Shown in pieces: positions 24,405-37,238 of a stretch of 64,000 nucleotides of DNA. Source of the DNA: Folioceros fuciformis (taxonomy: Eukaryota); assembly GCA_049999805.1 (NCBI GenBank), contig JBNGIO010006037.1:62001-126000 (forward strand), written 5' to 3'. The notes beneath the pieces are model-generated. The model was not told the origin of the DNA, made no database searches, and saw only the letters and a program-made list of their open reading frames with translations. Each line of letters opens with the position of its first letter. The stretch's first letter is position 1. The translations under genes and the position numbers were made by a program.

Positions 24405-24644
24405 TGGGTTGAGTATCTAATAAAGTGAAGTTCGGGCTTCCAAAACTTCTCTGGAGCACTCACGGGGCTCATGTACGTGGACACCCCCCTCGGATTCTGG
24501 TACGACATCTTGCAACACTCCCCCCTCCGATTCTGGAAAGCCTTCTTGCTGTTCACTCTCAACGAAATTCCATACATAAATAACCCATCCACCTGAAAGA
24601 CGTAAGACATACGGCTAGATAACCCTTCCACCCCGAAAGAGGTA

Positions 24645-24860
24645 AGACAAACGGCCAAAGGTGACTGGGCCAACGGGCCCCTCAACGAAATGGCCAAAGT
24701 CGACGGGCCACGGGCTAGCCCCCCAACGAAATGGCCCAAGGTGACCGGTTGAGTAGCTAGCCCCTCAACGAAATGGCCAAAGGTGACGGCGGCCAAGGGG
24801 GTTAGTCCGTCAGCCAAAGGTGATTGAAATGGCCAAAGGTGACCGGGCCACCGGGGACTA
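24645..24860. repeat. Degenerate ~41-bp tandem repeat
   Basis: Core cccctcaacgaaatggccaaaggtgac recurs at ~24684, 24725 and 24767, with partial copies on either side. Confidence 0.75.
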
Positions 24861-26049
24861 GGGCCTGAACGAGATGAACGGTGTATGTGCGAATGCGAGA
24901 AAAAGGTGTCGTCGTCACGTCTCCTAGTTAGGGCATCTCCTGTACCGAGGGATGATACATTTGGCAACTAGCACCTTTCAGCGGTCAATGCTCGCTCTGG
25001 TTGACAGATGAAAACCAAAAAGGGATTGTTTGGACTCCACTCTGCCCTGCGCTTTTCAATGCCGTTTCCTTATGTTCCCCTCCATCCACAGCACCAGTCA
25101 CCGTCGAGGTCGAAAACAGCACGAGTCTCCGTCGAGCTCAAACACATGACGTGTCTCCGCCGAGCTCAGAAACAGCACGTTCTACAAACCGATCACCCCG
25201 ACTGGTCGGACTTCGTGGAGAAACAACCGAGATAGAAAAATCCAGCTACTGCGAAAGAAGGGGAAGTGCTACGCCGAGGATCCTCCTCGGCGTATCACGA
25301 ATGGTGTGGGGCAAGTAGTTGGCATCATTACACAGTGTAGTCAGTGGTACAAACCTCGAAACCTAGCGCGTGATAGTGTAGGTCCTCATACAACAACAGT
25401 AAACGGGGAGCCTCATCTGCCAGTGCTTGCTGATCTACTTCGAGTGTAGCATTCAATCGAATTCCGAGATTCTCCACATCAGCTAACCTACGCGGCACAC
25501 GGAGGGACAAGACGAGACGAAGAATGAGAGCTACCGTCCCTGCGAAATGGCGCTGCAGCCCGCAATTGATGTGGCCAACGGCGGTGCCTTACGCCCTGCT
25601 GCTAGACGCCCATACCTACCATGGATGTCACAATTTCCTCTCCCATGTGTACTAGCCACACCGGGTATGAACTCCTACCGTCACAGAAATGAAAGGAGGC
25701 CGCTCCTCGAGGGCCAGCGAAATCGAGCACGATCAATGGGGTCTCCACAACGGTGTGAGGGTACGAGACTATACTCCGCTAAACGTAAACAGGACACTGG
25801 TCTTATCCTGATCTTACTGAAGGTCGCGCTCAACACTATCTTGCATTCGGAACAACGGATAAACATTTCTCACTCAATCAATGCCGCTCAGCCAGCTGAT
25901 GGGTTGGTTAGGTGCCCAATAATGTAAAATTCACAACAAATTCTGCACGGATGCGCGGGCATAATGCAGAAAATGTCCTCTCCTAGCTCCCATACCTACG
26001 TACTGCAAGGTGTGGACCCTACAACGTGCCAGTGGAATTGAAGTTGGGT

Positions 26050-28945
26050 CTACAGAACGTGCACAGACGCCCGCAGTACCGCCAGCAACTCTTCTCCACA
26101 TGGCTGGTATGTGCCATTTAGCAACAAGCACCCTTTCAGGGGTCTTGCTTGCTGGTCCAAAGAAGAGAAGGGGCCTTCTTCTACTCTCTGAGCTGCCGTT
26201 GCCTCGAGACGTGGCCGGTTATCCCCGCTCGTTTTTTGAGCCCCGTCATCCACAGCAGACGGCTTAAATGGGCTCAACAAAACCGCACGTTCCACCATCT
26301 CATCAGCCGGACTGCTTGTAGCTCTAGGAGGATCCTCGTCACCTGGAGTGGAAGGTGGAGCCACATCCCTGTCCACATTTTGAGGCAAACTTGAAACCAA
26401 TCGATCTCCTACCCTGTTAGCTAGTGAGCCTCCCTCTAAGTTTCGTTCGCAATCGCTGTCAAAATTGCTTTCTTCTATGCGCCTGCCTCGAAGAATTGTA
26501 CCTATAGGGCAAGGCCTCCAACGCTGCACCTTGGTCCACCTTCCTGATGACCCAGTCGGAACAGCACCAGACTCAGCAGCCCCTGACCCTTTTCGAATTG
26601 CTGCAGCCTTCAGGTTCAGGACCTTGCGAATAAGAGACTCCTGCTGCTCCCTAGCCTCAGCTAACGTGACCTCACCATCGGGTTGTGGGGCTGGTGCCTT
26701 GAACTCTCTAGTTTCTATCAACCTCTCTGAACCCTGCGCAGGCTCACAACCTGCGACCGACCTCATCAATAACACTGCTTGACCTCTTGTTCTCTGTGTC
26801 GGAATCTTGCTCATTACCTGGTCCGAGTCCTTGATATCTGTACCAGGCAGCTCACCATTTTTGTCCTGCCCCGTGAAATTCCTTTCAGGATCAGTAATCA
26901 GACCGATTGCACCAAGTTTGGCAAGAACTACAGCTCGTTGAAGCAATCTCCTGTCTCCAACCTGTATCGCCAGAAGGGGGACAAGTCTTTCCAACTGTTT
27001 GTTTGTGCCAATCTTCCGTAGACACTTGAAGAGTAACTCCTTCAGTGCTCCATCAAATAGTCCACCTACAAGGGGAGGACCTTCCGACGGACTCCGACCA
27101 TTATCACCTTTACGTGCTTTAAGTGGAGGAAGCTCTGAGTTCCTGGGTGACACCTTCTCACCAAGAAGCCAGGCCCCCCAGTCTAGTAATCCAGAAACCA
27201 CAGACGAAGACGAGCTGAGAAATTTACTCTCTGCAGCTGAGGGCTCTAAAGTGTGAAGCTGTATCTCGAAAGCTGTAGTTTGCTTTTCAAGAGCAGATTC
27301 ACCGCCATGTGCCCTGTCCTCGCACAATCTGTCAATGATGCGTGTCAGTAACATGAGCGGCAACTCAGGTATGTGAGAGGACAGCTTCCTGATCGCATAC
27401 TTCCACACTGCAGCTGCAGGCTCAGCCAATTGATCATGTTGTGGAATGCTTATAGTATCCCGTTGGTGAGGACCACTATCATTAGTGGACAACAAGGGAC
27501 CATGAGATTGATTTTTCTCTTCCGCTACCCGCAATTGACCTGTGAGCCCATCATCTACTATAATGGATACCAGATCTGATCTAGCAGAGGAACAAAGCTC
27601 CATCACCTGGTCAAGCTGAAGATTCTGCTGCCGCTTCAAAGCTGTCAAAAACGAAATCACTGTCAACATTTGTTGTTCCACAACAGTCAGTGCACCCGCA
27701 TTCAAAATCACAGCTCTTCTATCCAGAGCAGACCTTTCTTAGTCTTCTTCAGCTCTTTCCGATCAAGGTGATCCTGCTCCTCCCGCTCATCAGGCGTTGG
27801 CGGACAACTCTTGGCGCTTACTGAGGTTAGCTGTAAAGCTTGAACGTAGTCCATAAGTTTAAGCTTCAACTGCGTTCGCACGTCCTGTAACTTTTGTTCC
27901 TGAAACGACCAGTAGTGCGACTCCAACCAAGCTAACATCTGCAAAATTGCATGGACAAAAGTTGCTATGAAACACTCCCAAGCCAGTTAGGGCTGCATAG
28001 CAGATTGAAGGTATTGCCAAATCACCTCTTTACTCCCATCCCTAAGGAGTGAAATGGCAGGAAGCTCCATGTGTGCAGATTCTGCGACACGAAAGCTGGT
28101 GGTAAGTCCTCAACAACATCCGGCAGTGAAAAAAAACCCAGATATCACGACTGAAAGTTGCGTCGTACGTGGAGTAGGAGAATACCATGCCGTATGTCAA
28201 CCAGCACACGAGGTAGCCCAACTTTCTCCGCTCGAGTAGCCACGGATGCCGAGTTACGCCTGTGAGCTTGGTCCACAATCCCGTTCACTAGCCTGCGGCG
28301 GCAGCGTTCATTCGTCTGTAAGGGTTCATTCGGGCACACGATCCCGCGGCCCCCGCCAAGAGACAACGACCTGACATTTGCCTACCTCATGGTAGTCATT
28401 GCGTACATCATCTGCAACATCTCTTCCGGAAGAGCCAGGTGCGCTGGCAGCCCTGCTCTGCAACGTCAGCCATCCACCCAGACTCATCTCAGACTTCCAG
28501 CTGGCAGACAATTCTGTCTGTCATTATTGCAAAACTGAGACCAAAGGCCTGTACCATTCTTGCAAAACGGAGAGCACAGGCCAGCGACCGCACCTGAATT
28601 CCGCATCTCGTTGATGCACAGCTATAATTTTCCCGGTGACCTCCACGGCCACAGGCACGTCGCCCCTGCTCTGCCATACAGCAATCTGCGACCCGCCACG
28701 AGCATGAGGACAGGGCTCTCTCTTCCAGGATGCACCGCACCCGTCGGCGCCACTTTCTCACTCACTCGCTACTCAACTCACTCGCTCACCCGATTTAGTG
28801 CTGCGGAAACCCGAGCCGGATGGTCGGAGAAAAGCGCCGAGCGCAGAGCCCTCCATTCCCTCCAGCTCTGCCACGGCACACGCCTGAGCTCCGGCTGAGC
28901 CCGCGCCCGCTTCCTACTGCCTCCACCCTCCACTTCAGACGCCAT
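26050..28945 (-). CDS. LAS1: LAS1-like pre-rRNA processing endoribonuclease (HEPN), multi-exon
   Basis: 'RRVPWQSWREW', 'IAVWQSRGDVPVAVEVT', 'RLVNGIVD', 'GLPRVLVDIRH', 'WLESHYW' and C-terminal 'WTKVQRWRPCPIG'. Confidence 0.88.
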
Positions 28946-29150
28946 AGATCCGTTTAGCGGACCAAGCCCGTCCTTTCGCCACTTTCCGTTAGGGCTCCTG
29001 CCGTGCTAACTGCTCCGCCCCGCCTCGTCACGCGTCCCAAGCCCCCATAGCCGCATCGCACGCTGGCGGGCGAGATGGTGGTGAGCGCTTCCTCCCCTAC
29101 CGCCGCGTCCTCCTCCTGACAATGCGAGATCTTGCGGCCCCTCCTACGGC

Positions 29151-29510
29151 ATGGGCGCCCCTATGAGCCCCGCCCTGGGATTCCTGAGCAAGCTGAACAA
29201 GAAGGTGGAGGACCTGGGCCCGGCAATGGCTCTCATGAGTATGGGCACATCCGCCGGCTACTTCCTCTCATCCAGAGAACATTCGTTGCAGCTGGAGATC
29301 GCCAAACTGGAGGCCGAACTCCGCTACGAGAAGGAGCGCGCGCAAAAGGATCTGGCCCTCCTGACGAAGGACTTGGAGCGTGAAAAGGAGGCGCGAGAGG
29401 CTGCCGTTCAGAAGGCCCGCGCAGACGCCTCCAACTTCTTCCTTCGTTCCGGCGAGTACGAGAACATGATGAAACGAATTCACGGCGAAGGGAAATCCAA
29501 CCCAAGCTAG
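29151..29510 (+). CDS. Hypothetical 119-aa protein with a short hydrophobic segment and a coiled coil
   Basis: Single-exon ORF with strong GC3 bias, 'LQLEIAKLEAELRYEKERAQKDLALLTKDLEREKEAREAAV', and an AT-rich downstream region resembling a 3' UTR. Confidence 0.55.
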   Translation: MGAPMSPALGFLSKLNKKVEDLGPAMALMSMGTSAGYFLSSREHSLQLEIAKLEAELRYEKERAQKDLALLTKDLEREKEAREAAVQKARADASNFFLRSGEYENMMKRIHGEGKSNPS

Positions 29511-30067
29511 GCTAGGTTTGCAACACCAATGGACACGGACTGAACAACTTTTGTTTTATATGCCAATTACTGTACCTACGGCCTACACCATTCCTACTTA
29601 TACAAACGTCCTTAGTGCGCTTGTTTAGAATCCTTCTGCCTTCTATTTATATACCTACCCATTTATCGTGCTATGTTTATATGTTGATGAAACATCACCA
29701 GGACTAGGTAGCTAAGTTTTTATCATCAAACTATTTTGTGATGAACGTTTTCAAGATCACATCACACTTGCATAATAAGGTTGGCGCCTGGTCTACGTTG
29801 ATGGATGTGTTGCTCTACCTTAATGCGTGTGTTGGCCTCCTCAGATGTGGTGAAGATGGGCCTCTTCTACATTGCTGGTGCTTAGGGCCATGCAAGCATG
29901 GTCCCCTCCCTGGCTTTGAGAAGGGGAGAGACACTTCATGCTCTCATGATAGGGGGAACAGAATTCAAGCTCAAGCTCAAGCTCAAGCGGACGTGCTTGC
30001 AGTTAACAGTTCGGTGCCCATGTGTGCAAAGTGTGGCAACTTGGAAGATACCCAGAGTGCCTTCAGC

Positions 30068-30225
30068 GGATTGGGTCACAAAGATATCTAGATGTGGGAA
30101 CAGAAGTGGGTTTGGGAAAGTGGAATGGGTCACCAAGATATCTAGATGTGGAAACAGAAGTGGGTTTGGGATAGTGGACTGGGCCACAAAGAGATCTGGA
30201 TGTGGAAACAAAAGTGGGTTTGGGA
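30068..30225. repeat. 54-bp tandem repeat, ~3 copies
   Basis: Unit ggattgggtcacaaagatatctagatgtgggaacagaagtgggtttgggaaagt starts at 30068, 30122 and 30176. Confidence 0.92.
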
Positions 30226-30699
30226 CAGGAGGTTTCTCTTGTGCGCTCTCTTGTGCGCAGCGGTGTTATTCGAGAAGATGTCCACACCTGGCAGTAAGTG
30301 ATGTTGCGCAACTGCCTGGTGGACATGCACGCAGAATGTTTCGAGCAGAGAGATGGAGTGGAGGATTTCGAAGAAGGCCTGGCCATGAAGAAGGGGGACG
30401 CTGCTTGCCGGGTGTCCCAGGAAGGGCTTCGACTTACACGACGCAAATCATCCAGAACCAACATACAGTACATGTGCAGAGGAGTTAAAAAGCAGAAATG
30501 GGAAAAGAAGGAACGTGTTGAAATGCGAGTACCGTATGTTCTCTCTAAAGCGGAAAGAGAACGATCTCGGGCCCGAATAAGAGGAAGCCAGTGGGAGGAA
30601 ACCAGGTGGCATTTTGGCAGCCCGTGGCTTGCTCACTTGTTCGCTGCTGCAGCTGTGGCTGAAGGGCAGGGCGCGGTGGGAAGAGCGAGCGCTACAGGC

Positions 30700-31803
30700 A
30701 TGGCGATGAGGCGGGTGGCCATGGCCTTAGGGCGGGGAGCGGCGGCGAGGGTGAGGGAATGCCGAGGTTTTGCTGCTGTCTCGGCGAGCGGGGAGATGAC
30801 GGTCAGGGATGCTCTCAACTCGGCGCTTGAGGAGGAGATGGCGGCAGATCCCTCCATCTTCATTATGGGAGAGGAGGTGGGAGAGTACCAGGGGGCGTAC
30901 AAGGTCACCAAGGGCCTGCTGCAGAAGTTCGGGCCCCAGCGGGTGCTGGATACTCCCATCACGGAGGCGGGGTTCACAGGAATCGGGGTGGGAGCGGCAT
31001 TCTACGGCCTGCGCCCTGTGGTAGAGTTCATGACCTTCAACTTCTCCATGCAGGCCATCGACCACATCATCAATTCCGCGGCCAAGACGTACTACATGTC
31101 GGGAGGACAGATTACGGTGCCGATCGTGTTCCGAGGGCCCAACGGGGCTGCGGCAGGAGTGGGTGCGCAGCACTCGCAGTGCTACGCTGCCTGGTACGGA
31201 GCATGCCCGGGCCTGAAGGTGCTTATGCCCTGGTCGTCGGAGGACGCCAGGGGCCTGCTCAAGGCTGCCATTAGGGATCCTGACCCTGTGGTGTTTCTGG
31301 AGAACGAGATTCTGTACGGAGAGAGCTTCCCGGTGTCGCAGCAGGCTCTGGATCCTAGCTTCACGATTCCCATCGGTAAGGCCAAGGTGGAGCGGGAGGG
31401 CACGGATGTCACCATTGTGGCCTTCTCCAAGATGGTTGGCTTTTCGCTCAAGGCCGCGGAGGAGCTTGCTAAGGACGGCATCAGCGCCGAGGTGTTGAAT
31501 TTGCGAAGCATCCGACCCCTGGATCGTAAGGCCATCAACGCCTCCGTCCGCAAGACTTCGCGCTTGGTGACTGTGGAGGAGGGATGGCCGCAGCACGGCG
31601 TTGGTGGGGAGGTCTGTGCCACCGTCATGGAGGACAGCTTCGATTACCTGGACGCTCGCGTGGAGCGGATTTCCGGGGCTGACGTCCCTATGCCCTACGC
31701 TGCCAACCTGGAGCGCATGGCTGTTCCGCAGGTTGATGATATCGTTCGGGCTGCCAAGAGAGCATGCTACCGATCCGCAGGCTCCCAGAGAGCTGTCGGA
31801 TGA
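30700..31803 (+). CDS. PDHB: Mitochondrial pyruvate dehydrogenase E1 beta subunit, intronless
   Basis: Arg/Ala-rich presequence, then '[11 protein letters not shown]', '[17 protein letters not shown]', 'DTPITEAGF', '[21 protein letters not shown]', 'GVGAQHSQ', '[10 protein letters not shown]'. Confidence 0.97.
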   Translation: MAMRRVAMALGRGAAARVRECRGFAAVSASGEMTVRDALNSALEEEMAADPSIFIMGEEVGEYQGAYKVTKGLLQKFGPQRVLDTPITEAGFTGIGVGAAFYGLRPVVEFMTFNFSMQAIDHIINSAAKTYYMSGGQITVPIVFRGPNGAAAGVGAQHSQCYAAWYGACPGLKVLMPWSSEDARGLLKAAIRDPDPVVFLENEILYGESFPVSQQALDPSFTIPIGKAKVEREGTDVTIVAFSKMVGFSLKAAEELAKDGISAEVLNLRSIRPLDRKAINASVRKTSRLVTVEEGWPQHGVGGEVCATVMEDSFDYLDARVERISGADVPMPYAANLERMAVPQVDDIVRAAKRACYRSAGSQRAVG

Positions 31804-32419
31804 TCGATGGACAGCTCTTCGATTCTTGTTCTTGTCTCTAGGTGAGATGAAACTTCAGTGGCTGCTGCTGCCATTTGATAGAGATGTGGAGAACAAGGAG
31901 CGGTTCGTTGATTCACGGGGTGAAAGGAGCCTTTGTTCCCTCGTTTTTTCTCTTTTTTCAGACGCGTTTGATGTTGTTCTCGTGCTGTCCCAATTCCTTC
32001 TAGCTGATCTTGGACAAACAATTGTAAGTTTTGTAGTCATGGTGGACCGGCACCTCCTCTTGGCAAGTCAGTCTCTTTTCCCTTTTTTGCGGTGTGAGTA
32101 AATCGCTTCCAATCCAAGTTTGGCACGGCGTCATTCCGCCTTTTAAATCGTTGACGTGGAAACAGACGTCGTTTTCTGTCCAGCTTCGTTATTTGGTACT
32201 TAGGTAGATCATTCATCCCTCCATCTTAGTTCAGTAGCGGTGAAGCTTAAGGATGGAAATATGCATGTCTGTTGCTCTGGTCTCCGATTTACATCAGCAA
32301 GCTCACCTGTAGGAAGGAAGGTGGACCATTGGACAAGTTTTGATCCAATCAAAAAAGAAACCACCTGCGTGGTGCAGCACGCTGAATCAATGCAGAAGGG
32401 AGGAAATGTACGCTAACAA

Positions 32420-33911
32420 TCAGGCTACACTCTCGCAGATGAAGTACGAATCTGCGTTTTCATCGCTACAGTAGAGGCAGGGCTTCTGCGTGTGTCCTTG
32501 AATGTTGATGTACAGGCGGACGGTTTTGACAAGCTCTCTGTTGGTGATGGAGCCGTCCGTGCACTCGAGAGTCTGCAAGATGGCGTTGGTGAGCACCCCG
32601 TAGGCGTCCTTGCCGTTGCCAGTGGGGTTGGCATCCGCCGACGTCTGGAAGGACTCGCACCCACTAACAAGAATGCCGTTGTCATCTCTCACCCGATGCT
32701 CGGGAGGACCCTTGGCGTCTGCTACGGCGACGTAGTCTTCCCCTTCATCGTCCAGCTTCTGCCTGAGAAACTGCTGGGCCAAACTATCCTCTGCGGCTCC
32801 CCCTGACTGGATCCGCTGCACCTGGTTGCTCACGAAGCCCTTCACGTTCCTGCTCGCCGCCTGGCCGAAGGTGTCATAGAGCGTGGTACGGATGTTCCCC
32901 ACGCTCACATTGCGTCCCGTCTTCTGGCTAAGCAGAGCCGCCAGCTCTTCCGTGGACAGGGCCTTGGATTTCACACCGGGCACGCTCTTCGTCTGTTGGA
33001 AATTCACCTTGGCCGGCTTCACCGGCGGCTTGGCTTTTACAGGAGGAGGCGGCTTGGACTTCACAGGCTTTGCTCTCACGGGCTTCTCTTCTTCTTCCTC
33101 TTGTTCTTCTTCTTCCTCCCCTTCCTCTTCCTCCTCCTCTTCTTCCTCCTCTTCTTCCTCTTCCTCCTCTTCCTCCCCTTCTTCGTCTTCCTCCTCCTCC
33201 TCCTCCTCCTCCTCTTCTTCTTCTTCCGCTGCTGCTGCTGCCGCCGCCGCTGCTTCTTGTTCTGCTTTGGCTTTCGCCGCCGCCGCAGCAGCAGCCGCAG
33301 CCGCCATCTCGTTGGTATTGGACGAGTTGCCGATCTGCTCTAGAGCGTGATCTATGAGGCCGCCGCTGTGGCAAGAGTCGGAGACGATGGTGATGGTAGC
33401 ACCCGGGGGCACCTTGTTCACGATCGCCCGGAAGTCATCATCTGCCAAACAAGCATTCCGAATGAGTGAAGCGGCTGCAGCAGCTGCCATTGCCAACGCC
33501 AAGGGCCAAACGAAGGCCACTGCCACCGCATTACCACAGTATGGCATTGGCAGCTGTGCACAAACCTGACAAGAGATTGAAGTCACAGGGCACGATGCAC
33601 TCGTCATAGCCCGTATCATCGTGCTCTCCGGCCTCAGGCGTGACCCGCGTTCCGTGTCCACTGAAGTGAACGAACAAGGAATCCCCGGGCTGCACCCCGT
33701 CCACCAGCTGGTTCAGGGCCGCTCGGATGTTGGCCCCCGTGGGAAGGGGATAGTCTGGGTCATTGTCGACCAGCAAGGCGATGTTCTCGGGCGGGAACCC
33801 GAACCTCTTAATCAGCACCTGAGCAAATCGCCACACGTCATTGGCGCAGCCTCGCAGTTCCGACTGCGTGCCGGGATAGGTGCAGCCGACGAGAACCGCC
33901 TTCTTCACCAT
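32420..33911 (-). CDS. Type II metacaspase with poly-Ala/poly-Glu linker; 2 exons (intron 33442-33565)
   Basis: No prodomain; '[12 protein letters not shown]', 'LRGCANDV', catalytic 'HFSGHG' and 'SDSCHSGG'; p10 '[16 protein letters not shown]', 'QKPCLYCSD'. Confidence 0.95.
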
Positions 33912-36900
33912 TTTCGCGCAGCTTCAAACCTGTGCTCAACGATAATCTGTGAGCGCGTCCCAGGGGCCGGGCCTCCAGACTCCAGTGTAGTGATGCATTC
34001 CGAGCGCCCCTGCTCCCTCATATGTACGCCACTGGCGTATCCTCTATCCGGAAGTGTGCGAGCTGCCCCACACTACACGCTCCGCGCCTCTCTCTCCCTG
34101 CTGGATGCCCCTCCTATCTTTCCCGATTTGGGCACTGGCCGACGTGCAACTTGATGACGCAAAATGCCTTGCCTCGACTGCACTGCACAGATCGCGCAAG
34201 TGGGCATCCCGCATCCCCCTACACTGCCTGCCACAGCTCACCGAATGAACATCCAAGTACAGAGATGCGAAGCTCCGCGACCCGGCGCCCTCCAACATTA
34301 ATATGCGCACGGTCCCAGAGCTGTTATCCAACACCTATACTGTAATGTGCATATATCCATACACAGTTACTCCGCCCGTTCCGGCGAGCAAGAGCTCCCC
34401 CAGTTCCGAGTTCCAGAGCATCGTGCTGAGCACACGAGGTTCGAGAAATATCTTCTTCCCTGACCCCGTGAAAGCTCGAGTAGCACTGTATGTACATTGC
34501 ATAAGTGCATTCCCAGTCTACATGTACTTCGTCTACCCCAGCCGTCACCGGTCGGGAACAACGCTAAGGGCTGGCCGTGCAACCGCAACATGGAAGACTT
34601 GGGCCGTCCAGCACCTACCCACGCAGGTGCGAAACGAGAGCGGAGACGGCGGAGCTGGAGGATTGGAAGGGAATGTGCTATCACATGTTGTCGATGGTGA
34701 TGTACGCCCGCCATTGCATCTGTACCCAGCTATGGAGTGTACACACGTGTCCCCATAAAGGTCCCCCAGCGTACATAAGTTCGACACTGTGTGCATTTCA
34801 ATGTGATTTGCAGGCGGTAAACATGAGAATCCTCAGCGCAAGACTTCTGGACTCTGTCAAACTACCATGTGCCTACAAGATTTCTTCGGGGACTTGAATG
34901 GCTACAAGAAATAAGGCAACCAAATGGGTTGCTCAGTTCGTCACGACAGAGTCACAGCAACGTGCCTGCGGTCGCTCTTATGTGCCTGTTCAAGTCAAGG
35001 GTCACACGACATCCCGATGCAAGCAAAGGAGCACGAGGAGTGCAAAACCTTCAAAGCACGCATGCAATGCCCCGCTACCTCCGAGCTAAGACCCTTTATA
35101 TGGATGTTTGAAAAAAGTTCGGCGAGGCGAGAGGGATCAGGTCTTGCCCCTTCCGTACATGAAACAAGCACAATACCAAGAATAGTCTTGGAACAAAAGC
35201 AAGCAACGTGTTCAGCGAGACCCAAGATTAAACGTGGATCAAATGTCAGCTCGAACTTTCGCTCGAGCCACTGCATCATCTCACACCTCCGAATCAATTC
35301 CATCTCAACTTTCTGACCAACAAGCCGAAGACGAAATCAGGCTATCATGATGGTCTTGGCAGTGTCCGAACAACAGCTTGGGAATGCGAGAAACCCGAAC
35401 AAGATTGGATACCCTCATGTCATTTGCTGTGGCGGTATCGAGGGCCGGCAGTAACTTCCTTTTCCTCACCATGGGATCACCTTCCTGGTCATCCCAACAA
35501 GTAGATAACGACTTCGAATTCATCTGACAATCATGCTGGTGCAGCTCTGCTGTACCTTTTCAGACCAAGGTGTTTGAACCAAACAAAGCTGCTGGACTCC
35601 ATCAATCTCGTCTCTTGTTCGGTACGTGATACAAGGAAGTTCAACTAACAAGGAGCATCCATGACACCTGTACGCGTCCATTCTCGGCACCTGTGATCCC
35701 CAAGCTTGTCAAGAAGGCCAAAAAACATCCAATGAAAAACTTTGCACAAGATTTGCAGGTCCTCACTGGCTCATGGCCCAGTTGTTTTCGCGTATTTCAG
35801 TGCCTCCTTCACAGCCAGGACATCCACCTGAGGATCATAACCACAGGCCCGGGGCTTGGTCAATGATTCTGCAACCCAACCCTGCGGATGTTGGCATGAT
35901 TCTGCAACCTTGGCAGTGAATTTTCCAACCAGCTTTGTATGCAGTCTTCCCAAGGGTGCTTGCTTGTGTGCCACCTCTGCATTCAATGTTGACACATGAG
36001 AGTAGGTGGGTGTCCCTCATGGTTGCAACTGCTCAGATATTACAAATGCGTGAGCGTAGTTGTAGGCAGAAGGTGGCAAGGGTTCTATTCCTCCATCGCA
36101 GACGTAGGTGCACAAGCACAAGAAACGATATGTGCGCACCCATCAGACTAGCACCTACTGGTAGGTAGGCAGCGGCGGAAGCTTTCCTGCAAGCCCTGTA
36201 GGTGGAGGCACTTGATGCCATGTGTGCCTAAGGCTTAAACACACACCACAACTACAATTGTGCATGTTGGTTCTGTAGAACACCATACAAAGCCTATCTA
36301 TTTCACCAAATCCCTGCGGAGGTCGGTGTGGTTGCAAAGCCTTTTTACTGAACTGTGTGTGAGGACGAGGACATGCGACCATGTCCCCCTCAGGCCACAG
36401 TTACGTTTAAAAGCTTCAATGAATGAAGAAATCACAGCAGCCCTTTGACCGATGTGCTATTCCATCAAAGAGATCACTTTACTTAATTTTATGAAATTGA
36501 AAAAACAAAGATAAGATGGACAATGAGAGTTTTTATCGTTGTGGGCTATTATTTCTTAAAAAATCCTTAAAATCGTCCTTCGTTCTGGGGATAAGGCCTA
36601 GACCCGGGTTCGGCGCGCCCGACGCCGTGTCGTCTTATTTTCAATTTCCTTTTTGATGTGTCATCTGTCCCTTTTTGATGTGTCATGTCTCCCCGGACCT
36701 GGACAGGATGAGCACGTGCGGGCGTGCTCAATCTCCGAAGCAGTAAACGCTGAGGACATGGCATGCCCATCTCTGTGTCCACTCTCCCTCGTTAAACCGT
36801 GCGCGAGAGGTGGACGGATACATACCTGTATGCACAAGATTTAGCTTCTGCCGAACAGCGCTATCAAAATATAAAGTGTAGAAGAAGGGCCAACTCAAAG

Positions 36901-37238
36901 ACCTTCCATGGAACATTGAAACCTTTAGGCTACATAACAAAACTACAAACGTAACCCCACCTAGCTAATTAGAATGTTGTCAAGTCCCATCAAAACATCA
37001 ACACCAAACTTCCACGGCGTCCCCATGGCATTCCTCCGTCTGCAAACTAAGACGACGATAATAGTTGGAGGGAGCCGAAGTCAGACAGGAATTGACCAAA
37101 TCAGAGAATCCGTTTGGTGGTATACATGCGCAAACAAGTCTGAGGTGCTACCGGCGTTGGTATACAGAAAGACGCGCTTCATTTAATCTTCGGCAAAACT
37201 TGGGTGTGACACAACCAAGTACGTTGTCAGAGATTGGT

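Noticed and set aside
30298-30699. 134-aa N-terminal extension of PDH E1-beta in the ORF track
   Set aside because: It begins at a non-ATG codon and shows no homology; a typical mitochondrial presequence starts at ATG 30700.
32883-33374. Poly-Ser, poly-Pro/Leu and Gly/Arg ORFs
   Set aside because: These are alternative-frame or antisense shadows of the metacaspase poly-Glu tract.
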